Shown: positions 56,959 to 64,000 of the stretch, piece by piece | Position numbering within the stretch: position 1 is the first letter of the stretch | Layout of the letters: the number at the start of each line of letters is the position of its first letter | Source of the DNA: an uncultured Mycoplasmatota bacterium | GTDB taxonomy: Bacteria; Bacillota_I; Bacilli_A; RF39; UBA660 | Reading direction: 5' to 3' | Assembly: GCA_946402735.1 (NCBI GenBank) | Contig: CAMIXH010000003.1 | Coordinates: forward strand, 65,472-129,471 | Length of the DNA: 64,000 nucleotides | Made by a program: the position numbers and the translations under genes | The notes under the pieces: model-generated | Database searches by the model: none | What the model saw: only the letters and a program-made list of their open reading frames with translations | What the model was told of the DNA's origin: nothing

Positions 56959-57573
56959 CTATTCGTTATTTTTTTGTTTCTTTTTTAAATAAATGATTCC
57001 AATTACTATGCCTATTCCCACTAGTACAAATAGTATATTTTGTAAAGTAAATATATTATTTTTTAATATTTCTTTGCTGATATTGAAATGAATATCATTG
57101 TTTTCTTTTTGTACATTCCAAATATATTCATTATTACTCTTTTCATCAGCATTATTACTCATCATTCTATTATCTGCTTTAACATTTAAAGTAAATGGAG
57201 CACATTCACTTTTTCCTTTTAAATAGATAAATATTGTTTTATCATCTTCTTCAACAGCAGCATATTCAAAACATCTTTTTAAAATATCATTCTCTTTAAA
57301 ATTATCATATGTGTATGTATAACTATATTCTCCTTTGTAATTACCATTTTGATCACTATAGCTTACTTCTTTATATATTTCATCATATGAATCCTTTATA
57401 GGACGAGCTTCATTTATTATAGCTTCTATATCCATACCAGATTGATTATATTCTACTTCAGTAAATGAAAATTCTATTTTAGTATCTATTTTATCATTAA
57501 AATCAATAGTTAGTTTATTAGTACATCCCGCTAGGATAAAACATATTAGAATTAAAATTAGTCCTTTTTTCAT
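56959..57573 (-). CDS. lipoprotein with additional C-terminal TM anchor
   Basis: Lipobox LILICFILAGC. C-terminal ILFVLVGIGIVIGIIYLKKKQK. Confidence 0.55.
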   Translation of the reverse strand: MKKGLILILICFILAGCTNKLTIDFNDKIDTKIEFSFTEVEYNQSGMDIEAIINEARPIKDSYDEIYKEVSYSDQNGNYKGEYSYTYTYDNFKENDILKRCFEYAAVEEDDKTIFIYLKGKSECAPFTLNVKADNRMMSNNADEKSNNEYIWNVQKENNDIHFNISKEILKNNIFTLQNILFVLVGIGIVIGIIYLKKKQKNNE

Positions 57574-57581
57574 AATTCCTC

Positions 57582-58757
57582 CTATAACTTAGAATATGCT
57601 TCTGCCCTTCTAATAGTTCCATATATTGATTCTATATCACTCACTGATTTGAATTCTCCACTCTTCTTTCTCTTATCGGCCCAATTAACATATGGATCTA
57701 GAAGAACTACATTTCCTCTACTACTATAAGATAAAACTATATAATGTCCTGGTACTAAAGCTAATACTGGTTTCCCTGATTTTAAAGCAGACTCTATTTG
57801 ACCTCTACTAACTGTCTCACACTTTAGATTATAATGAGCAATCATTTTATTATTACCTATTTCGCCCCAACTAGCTGCTCCATAACCTCTATGAATTAAT
57901 TCACCATCTTTAATATTTCTCATATATTTAATAACACTATATGGATTAATATTAGGGTCATTATTCAAACCAGCTGCTATCATAGCAAATGATGTGTATC
58001 CACAAGCAGATGAACATAAAGTAGCTGGTCCACCATTTGAACCTCCACCTATATCATATTGTATATTTTTCCATCTATCATCACATTGTTTATAATAGTA
58101 AATTCCCATTACGTTATCTACATTACCACTTACGCCAACAGCAAAACTAGTGTTACCTCCACCACCAGTGCTTCCACCTGATGAGCCCCCTGAAGAACCT
58201 CCTTCTCTTTCTCTTCTTGCTTGTTCTTCTCTTTCTTTTCTTTGGCGCTCTTTTTCTTCTTCCTCTTTTTTCTCTTTTTCCTTTATAGCATTTTCTATTT
58301 CTTCTAATTCTTTTTCTAATTCTTTTCTTGACGATTCATCTTTAACTTTATGAACCATATTAGTTGCTAACATAAGATCGTTTCTCTTTAATGATTGTTT
58401 TGCAAAATTCAAATATATTTTAGCATCACTAACTAATACTTGAGCAATATATTCTTTATTAGCATTTGTTAAACATTTTGTATAATTATTACTATCATAA
58501 GATGAAATACTAGCAATTACACTTACAAATGTAGGTATGTAAAAAACAAGTACTGCTGCTATTATTTTAGGAGCCAATGCTTTATTAGCTTTAGCTAAAG
58601 CATCAAAATCACTAGATTTTACAGCAATTAAATAATTAATAGAAAGTGAAACCATTAATATAATAGGAACAACTATTTTAATAATTGTTATAATTATTTT
58701 CACTATTCTAATTACTGATAATATTTCTGCATTGTCACAAATACTAGTTATTAACAT
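57582..58757 (-). CDS. fusion: two-TM membrane module + K/E coiled coil + G/S linker + C39-like (YvpB/Peptidase_C39_2-type) cysteine peptidase domain
   Basis: The N-terminus is paralogous to 31415..31783. YYYKQCDDRW...TLCSSACGYTSFAMIAAGL (Cys) and PVLALVPGHYIVLSY...VVLLDP (His/Asp) fit a papain-like C39_2 domain. Confidence 0.55.
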   Translation of the reverse strand: MLITSICDNAEILSVIRIVKIIITIIKIVVPIILMVSLSINYLIAVKSSDFDALAKANKALAPKIIAAVLVFYIPTFVSVIASISSYDSNNYTKCLTNANKEYIAQVLVSDAKIYLNFAKQSLKRNDLMLATNMVHKVKDESSRKELEKELEEIENAIKEKEKKEEEEKERQRKEREEQARREREGGSSGGSSGGSTGGGGNTSFAVGVSGNVDNVMGIYYYKQCDDRWKNIQYDIGGGSNGGPATLCSSACGYTSFAMIAAGLNNDPNINPYSVIKYMRNIKDGELIHRGYGAASWGEIGNNKMIAHYNLKCETVSRGQIESALKSGKPVLALVPGHYIVLSYSSRGNVVLLDPYVNWADKRKKSGEFKSVSDIESIYGTIRRAEAYSKL

Positions 58758-58794
58758 ATTTCTTTCACCTATTTTATCTTATCATATTTTAGCA

Positions 58795-58826
58795 TAAATA
58801 AAAATGATTTATCAAATAAATCATTT
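58795..58826 (-). terminator. terminator after pcrA
   Basis: Arms aaatgatttat (58802-58812) and ataaatcattt (58816-58826), loop caa. Confidence 0.55.
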
Positions 58827-60922
58827 TATTTTTTCTTTAAATATTTATGGTTTATAGCAATTTGTTTTATTCCAAATTGATGTGAAAATGCTATTGTACC
58901 AATAGTACCATTAACACTTATTACTACACCTTCACCAAATACATTATGTATTACTTTATCCCCTGCTTTAATTGATTCAGTTACTTCATCACTATTATAC
59001 ATATTATTAATAAATGTTTGAGTTTTCTCTATAGGTCTATCTTCTTTTCTTCCTTCATCAGTTACATTTAATGTGTCTTTATCAATTTCTCTTATAAATC
59101 TACTTTCAACACATCCACTTGTTAGACCAAAGATAGTTCTTTGTCTTGCGCTTAATAAATATAGTTTTGTCTTAGCACGAGTTATTCCAACATAGCAAAG
59201 TCTTCTTTCTTCTTCTAATTCAGTTCCACTTTCAAAGCTTCTAATATGTGGGAATAATCCTTCTTCCATTCCAACTATAAACACTACTTTAAATTCTAAT
59301 CCTTTAGCAGAATGAAGAGTCATTAAAGTAATAACATCATCACTCATAGAGTATTGTCCAGTATCGCTAACAAGCATAATGTTTTCTAAAAATGATTCTA
59401 AATCATATATACCATTATCTTCAAAGTTTATAGCTAAACTCTTAAACTCTTCTAGGTTTTCTAGTTTTCTATAGCTTTCAACAGATTTATCACTTTCATA
59501 TTCACTTCTCATTCCTGTTTTAACAAGAACATCTTCAATTAATTCTTCTAAGTTCATATCTTTAGAGTCTTCAATTAAATCAAGAATTATTTTTTTCCAT
59601 TCTAATTCTTTCCCTGAATCAATTGCTTCAAACATACTTGTGTTTTCAATAAGTGCTTTTCCTCTTATTGATTCAATTGTTTTAGCACCTATTCCCCTTT
59701 TAGGGGTATTTATTACTCTTTCAAGGCTTACTGAATCATCAGGATTATATATAATCTTTAAATATGAAACTAAATCTTTTATCTCTTTTCTTTCTAAGAA
59801 TTTATAAGATCCAATTACATTGTATGGAATACCATTACTAGTGCATGTTTGTTCTATAACACGGCTTTGAGCATTTGTTCTATATAAAACTGCAAAGTCA
59901 CTATATTTATATCCCATCTCCATTAAATCTTTTATTTTGCTTATAACAAATTCCGCTTCTTTTATTTCATTATCTACTCTAATATATTCAACCTTATCTC
60001 CATCTCCACTACTAGTCCATAGATTTAACTTCTTACCTTCACTATTATTCTTTATAACAGAGTTAGCTGCTTTTAATATATTATTAGTGCTTCTATAGTT
60101 TTCTTCCAATAAAATTACACACGCATTTTTATAATCGTGTTCAAAATTTAATATATTCCTATAATCTGCGTTTCTCCAAGAGTAAATAGATTGATTATGA
60201 TCTCCTACTACAAATATATTTTTATACTTATCTGCTAACATTTTGCAAAGATTATATTGAATACTATTTGTATCTTGGTATTCATCAATTAATATATATC
60301 TAAATCTTTCTTGATAACGCTCTAATATATCTTTATTAGTTTTGAATAACTTAACTGGCATTAATAATAAATCATCAAAATCAACAGAATTATTTTCTTT
60401 TAATAGATTATTATACTTTTCATATACTCTAGCTATTACTTTATCATCTTCTCTTAAAAATAATCTACTATACTCTCCTGGAGTAACTCCATCATTCTTA
60501 GATGAGCTAATCCTATTAACTATATGTTTAATGTCATAATCATTTGGATCTAAATCTTCTTCTTTTAGAATTCTTTTTACTAAAGACTTAGTATCATCTT
60601 GATCTAAAATAGTAATATTATTCTTTAAACCTAATTCTAAGTAATTCTCTCTTATTATTCTAAGGCCAAAAGAATGGAATGTTCCAATAAAGATAGAATC
60701 TGCTAAAGTACCTAGTTTTGCTTCTACTCTAAGTTTCATTTCACGCGCTGCTTTATTAGTAAAAGTAATAGCAAGTATATTATATGGACTAATTCCATCA
60801 TCTATTAATTTAATTATTCTTTCAGTTAAAACTCTAGTCTTTCCACTTCCTGCTCCTGCTAGAACAAGACAAGGTCCTTCTTTATGATTTACTGCTTCTA
60901 ATTGTTTATCATTTAATGTCAT
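58826..60922 (-). CDS. pcrA: UvrD/PcrA-family ATP-dependent DNA helicase
   Basis: LNDKQLEAV, GPCLVLAGAGSGKT (Walker A), ILIDEYQDTN, and the TLMTLHSAKGLEF and VGITRAK motifs. Confidence 0.85.
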   Translation of the reverse strand: MTLNDKQLEAVNHKEGPCLVLAGAGSGKTRVLTERIIKLIDDGISPYNILAITFTNKAAREMKLRVEAKLGTLADSIFIGTFHSFGLRIIRENYLELGLKNNITILDQDDTKSLVKRILKEEDLDPNDYDIKHIVNRISSSKNDGVTPGEYSRLFLREDDKVIARVYEKYNNLLKENNSVDFDDLLLMPVKLFKTNKDILERYQERFRYILIDEYQDTNSIQYNLCKMLADKYKNIFVVGDHNQSIYSWRNADYRNILNFEHDYKNACVILLEENYRSTNNILKAANSVIKNNSEGKKLNLWTSSGDGDKVEYIRVDNEIKEAEFVISKIKDLMEMGYKYSDFAVLYRTNAQSRVIEQTCTSNGIPYNVIGSYKFLERKEIKDLVSYLKIIYNPDDSVSLERVINTPKRGIGAKTIESIRGKALIENTSMFEAIDSGKELEWKKIILDLIEDSKDMNLEELIEDVLVKTGMRSEYESDKSVESYRKLENLEEFKSLAINFEDNGIYDLESFLENIMLVSDTGQYSMSDDVITLMTLHSAKGLEFKVVFIVGMEEGLFPHIRSFESGTELEEERRLCYVGITRAKTKLYLLSARQRTIFGLTSGCVESRFIREIDKDTLNVTDEGRKEDRPIEKTQTFINNMYNSDEVTESIKAGDKVIHNVFGEGVVISVNGTIGTIAFSHQFGIKQIAINHKYLKKK

Positions 60923-60989
60923 TTTTTTACCTCTAAAAGATATTATAGCAAAATAAAAACCAATTTAATAGCAAACAAACAGAAAGTTT

Positions 60990-61523
60990 TTACTTTCTGT
61001 TTGAAATCTTTGGTTCAACTGGAAAATCATGAATTGTCTTATCAAATAATAATATTGATATATTAGAAATAATAATTAATGCTGAGTCAATAACACCAGA
61101 ATATGATTTATACTTAATATCATATACAATCCATAATATACATGATACTATTGCTCCTATTAATACTATTTTTTTATGCTTTGTTAATGAATAGCCATCA
61201 TTAATACTAGCTACTGTTGGTAGAATATCTACAAGTGTATTAAAACTCATATAACCAGCTAGTATATAAAATGGAACTGATACAAAAAATATCAATCTAT
61301 CTTTATCAGTCTTGTAATACAATAAGTCTCTTATGAAGTCTAATAAACACATAAATAATCCTGTAAAAGCACCTAGTAATAAATAATGAACAGCATAGCT
61401 TAATGAACTTAATAATTGCACAACCAAAATTTGGTTAGTATTCTTTCTTCTATAACTAACCAATAATAGCAAGAATGCTTCAAAACCAATTAATTGTGCA
61501 ATCCAAAAACTCATATTTTCCAT
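60990..61523 (-). CDS. YgjV-like inner membrane protein
   Basis: 177 aa with about 5 TMs. The resemblance to the Imp-YgjV family is weak. Confidence 0.4.
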   Translation of the reverse strand: MENMSFWIAQLIGFEAFLLLLVSYRRKNTNQILVVQLLSSLSYAVHYLLLGAFTGLFMCLLDFIRDLLYYKTDKDRLIFFVSVPFYILAGYMSFNTLVDILPTVASINDGYSLTKHKKIVLIGAIVSCILWIVYDIKYKSYSGVIDSALIIISNISILLFDKTIHDFPVEPKISNRK

Positions 61524-61585
61524 AATACGATTATATCACAGACACTATATTTAGAACTATTTTGTTTTATCTCTTTACACAAAAT

Positions 61586-61611
61586 AAAAAATTGTTTTAA
61601 AACAATTTTTT
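61586..61611 (-). terminator. AT-rich palindromic hairpin after the ESAT-6-like pair
   Basis: aaaaaattgttttaaaacaatttttt is a near-perfect palindrome overlapping the stop at 61610. Confidence 0.45.
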
Positions 61612-61936
61612 ACATTCTAGTTAAATCTTGATTAAGAACTGATGTCTTGTTCTTTAACTCTTGTTCATGAGTACTTAAACGATTTAATGCATCATCGTAT
61701 TCTTTAGCAAAACTTCTAACTAATTTAAGAAATTCACCATATTGATTCTTTAAAACAGTATAATCAGTTCCTACAGATTCTGCTGCAATTCCTTTAAAGA
61801 ACTCAGGATCTAGAGCTTTATTCATAGAAGTATCAAATTCTCCGAATAATGATTCCATTCTATTAGCATATTCATTTATTTTAGCAACACCATTACGAAC
61901 TCTCTCGTAATCAATAGTAGTTGAAATATCTGCCAT
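61610..61936 (-). CDS. WXG100/ESAT-6-like small helical protein (FxG variant)
   Basis: 108 aa with a helix-turn-helix-hairpin composition. The central FFKGIAAESV sits where W-x-G-x-A-A is expected. Confidence 0.4.
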   Translation of the reverse strand: MADISTTIDYERVRNGVAKINEYANRMESLFGEFDTSMNKALDPEFFKGIAAESVGTDYTVLKNQYGEFLKLVRSFAKEYDDALNRLSTHEQELKNKTSVLNQDLTRM

Positions 61937-62247
61937 TATTTAACGCCCTCCCCTACTTTAATACTTTTAGCTATTTCATCATCAACGTTAATTGTTTGAC
62001 CACCAGCTTCAACCATATAAGATCCATAGTTAGCAAAAGTTTTTGTAACTCCATCTAACATCATTTTACTTGATTGAATTTGAGTATATAATTCTCTAGC
62101 TGCTGGAGATGTATAACCTGTTTGTAATAATTCTTCAACTTCTTTATATAATTCTGATGTTATATGCTTCATTTCACCAGCATGGCTAATTTGAGTTCTT
62201 CCCTCTCTTATAGACTCTTCAGGTGATTGTTTAAATACGTTTCCCAT
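61936..62247 (-). CDS. small helical protein, WXG100-superfamily-like partner
   Basis: 103 aa, start/stop coupled to the downstream gene. No clear WXG motif. Confidence 0.3.
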   Translation of the reverse strand: MGNVFKQSPEESIREGRTQISHAGEMKHITSELYKEVEELLQTGYTSPAARELYTQIQSSKMMLDGVTKTFANYGSYMVEAGGQTINVDDEIAKSIKVGEGVK

Positions 62248-62396
62248 ATAATAATCCTCCTATTTTCTAATTTCATTTTAACACATGAAATGTTTCAAGT
62301 AAATAAAACCATTGTTTTAAAAGTAAACAAAAAGTAAAGTTCTATAAAACTGGTATTGTTTTATGATAAAATATAGTTTCAAAGGAGGAAGCGTTT

Positions 62397-62918
62397 ATGA
62401 ATAATAGTAAAAAAGATAGAATTAAAAAACTAATATTTCTATTAACTACTTATTTTACTATATTATTAACTGTTAAAGCTGGTACAAACAATACTGGTAA
62501 AAATGAGTTATATCCATATAACACTACTCCAACAGAAACAATATGTCCTTATACTACTTATGGAAATAGGAACATCTATATCGCAGATGAAGAAACTATT
62601 AAAAGAATTATAGTTGAATCAAATGATATTTATATAATAGATGAAAGAGATGAAAAAGATCCTAACATGTGTATTTGTAATTCACATTTAATTAAATCTA
62701 CCCAAGAAATAGAAGATATAATTGATATACTTCTACAGTATGAAAAAGAGAATCCATCAGATTGGGAAAGAACAAGAGATTCATTAATTAACGAATGGAT
62801 TATGCATAACTTAGGATTTGATTTTGGTATTAAAAGATTACGTACTAGAAATGTAGATTTAAACAATGCTGATGAAGAAAATTATGATGATCTTATCTTA
62901 AGTAGAATACTAAAATAA
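62397..62918 (+). CDS. hypothetical secreted protein
   Basis: N-terminal signal/anchor LIFLLTTYFTILLTVKA. No motif recognised. Confidence 0.4.
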   Translation: MNNSKKDRIKKLIFLLTTYFTILLTVKAGTNNTGKNELYPYNTTPTETICPYTTYGNRNIYIADEETIKRIIVESNDIYIIDERDEKDPNMCICNSHLIKSTQEIEDIIDILLQYEKENPSDWERTRDSLINEWIMHNLGFDFGIKRLRTRNVDLNNADEENYDDLILSRILK

Positions 62919-62944
62919 AAATAAACTTTTAAAAGTTTATTTTT

Positions 62945-63553
62945 TTATATACTATCAGGTCCATATTTTTCAAATTTATTTTTTGCTGTTATTAATTTAA
63001 TTAATTTATATACATCATATACTAATATTACTATAGCTGGTATTAATATTGCTATTAACCAACCTGTTTTTGATGCTAAAAAGAATTGTACTTTTCCAAG
63101 TTGTGGTATTCTAAATAATACTTTTCCAATAACATTACTTGGAAAAACTTTTTCTTCATCTGCTTCTTCATTAGCATCTCCCTTAACTCTAAACATAGTT
63201 CCAGTTTCAGGTACATCTAATATTTCGACTATTCTATGAGTAATTGGAGTTCCACCAAAGAATGCATTTGTTGAATAAAAAGTTATAACATCATTTACTT
63301 TTAATGTATTAGTATCCACATTTTTAACAAATACTACATCATATACTTTTATATTAGGTGTCATACTTGGACTAATAATAGTATATAATCCAAATGGTGG
63401 TGTTTTGCCTTCTTTTTCTGCTAGTTTTCCACTAATAACATAGAAAATAAAGAAAGCAGCAATTACCATTAAAATAATGATTATAGTATAACTAATTATC
63501 TTATAGAAAGTTTTCCAAATTTTTTTAAGTTTTATAGATTTATCTTCTTCCAT
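62945..63553 (-). CDS. sipW: signal peptidase I, SipW (archaeal/ER) type
   Basis: The ISPSMTPNIKVYDVVFV serine motif and ITHRIVE histidine motif are characteristic of SipW-type S26 peptidases. A C-terminal TM is present. Confidence 0.8.
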   Translation of the reverse strand: MEEDKSIKLKKIWKTFYKIISYTIIIILMVIAAFFIFYVISGKLAEKEGKTPPFGLYTIISPSMTPNIKVYDVVFVKNVDTNTLKVNDVITFYSTNAFFGGTPITHRIVEILDVPETGTMFRVKGDANEEADEEKVFPSNVIGKVLFRIPQLGKVQFFLASKTGWLIAILIPAIVILVYDVYKLIKLITAKNKFEKYGPDSI

Positions 63554-63561
63554 AGTTTCAC

Positions 63562-64000
63562 CTAATCAGCATTTACTACTTTAACTCTAACTGAAAAAAC
63601 ATTTCCAGAAGGATATTTCTTTGCTCCCTTTTTTAATCTAAATACTATTTTATAACTATGAGTGTTTTTTGGAGTAATTGAAGCAGTACCTAAATCCTTT
63701 GTAATAACAGGAATTGGAGTTTCACTTACATTAATAACTTTATTTGTCGTATCATTACTTTCAGATATACCTTCTACAGTGTATACAAAATTCTCATCAA
63801 TCATATTAGATAAAGGAGTAATGATTTCTAAAATAATATTATATTTTCCAATAGTATCAGTACTATAGTTTTCAATTGTGAACTCTCTTGAATCTTCCCA
63901 CCCTGCTTTAATATTATGACCATTTATTTGATCATCTTTATTAAACATTAATAACATATCAAACTTATTAACAATTGTTTCTTTGTTAGTAGGATCAATT
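63562..64000 (-). CDS. TasA/camelysin-like SipW-dependent secreted protein, 5' end beyond window
   Basis: The frame stays open upstream of the M at 63957 to the window edge (...IDPTNKETIVNKFD MLLMFNKDD...). Beta-rich composition, and located directly upstream of sipW. Confidence 0.45.
   Translation of the reverse strand, partial: IDPTNKETIVNKFDMLLMFNKDDQINGHNIKAGWEDSREFTIENYSTDTIGKYNIILEIITPLSNMIDENFVYTVEGISESNDTTNKVINVSETPIPVITKDLGTASITPKNTHSYKIVFRLKKGAKKYPSGNVFSVRVKVVNAD

Noticed and set aside
31415-60922. Interpretation of the locus as a conjugative element or ICE, based on the VirB2-like module, the cell-wall peptidase and the adjacent UvrD/PcrA helicase.
   Set aside because: There is no relaxase, VirD4/TcpA coupling protein, VirB4 ATPase, integrase or recombinase, and no att-like direct repeats visible. 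The ATPase present is clearly CpaF/TadA-type.
61610-62247. Calling a type VII secretion system.
   Set aside because: Only two small ESAT-6-like candidates are present. No EssC, EsaA or EssB-type genes occur in the window, so this is reported only as an orphan pair.
24588-64000. Other internal or antisense track ORFs: 24588..24827, 26515..26784, 31864..32088, 35509..35697, 36570..36818, 41368..41592, 44998..45225, 45286..45471, 46633..47158, 48115..48318, 48796..49188, 50447..50641, 52207..52413, 52590..52946, 54662..54952, 58150..58353, 60342..60539, 62630..62866 and 63662..63868.
   Set aside because: All are nested in longer ORFs with coherent domain architecture. They have biased low-complexity translations and no independent start signals.
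1-64000. Search for CRISPR arrays, tRNA or rRNA genes, riboswitch-like leaders, transposases and prophage genes.
   Set aside because: I saw no regularly spaced direct repeats, cloverleaf-like GC-rich islands, or long structured leaders. Intergenic regions are short (mostly under 150 nt) and are explained by promoters and terminators. This was a by-eye scan only, and small ncRNAs could be missed.

Overview
This is an AT-rich (by eye well under 35% GC) chromosomal segment from a low-GC monoderm, probably Firmicutes or Clostridia-like. Evidence: GGAGG-type RBSs and TagO/TagGH/LtaS/LCP envelope genes. Almost every gene is on the minus strand. Block 1 (1-10.7 kb) is housekeeping and redox: HD hydrolase, PaaI thioesterase, IMPase, SDR, an OhrR-like MarR-trxA-trxB operon, tsaC, prs, a DHH phosphoesterase and rpsP plus a KH protein. 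Block 2 (10.8-31.3 kb) is a teichoic-acid/glycopolymer island. It holds a pyruvyl transferase, tagGH, two tandem acyltransferase-3 paralogs, two TagF-type polymerases, a TarI-like cytidylyltransferase with an SDR, gpsA and tagO. It also holds a plus-strand operon (dockerin-bearing peptidoglycan hydrolase, cohesin-like anchor, LCP ligase) and an ltaS interrupted by an in-frame TAG. Block 3 (31.4-58.8 kb) is the most unusual part, with 21 co-directional genes. A Tad/type IVc-like core (2x CpaB, TadA, TadB, TadC, a pilin-like protein, a TadE-like protein, a TadZ-like protein) is contiguous with uncharacterised exported proteins. These include two paralogous ~1300-aa cysteine-rich secreted giants, a pilin-like protein carrying tandem dockerins, a sortase-B fusion, YfhO, C-terminally anchored Cys proteins, an 862-aa orphan and a membrane-module/C39-like peptidase fusion. 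Block 4 (58.8-64 kb) holds pcrA, a YgjV-like protein, two ESAT-6-like small proteins, and sipW with a partial TasA-like gene. I saw no rRNA, tRNA, CRISPR array, transposase or integrase. All function calls come from motif recognition by eye. No database search was run.
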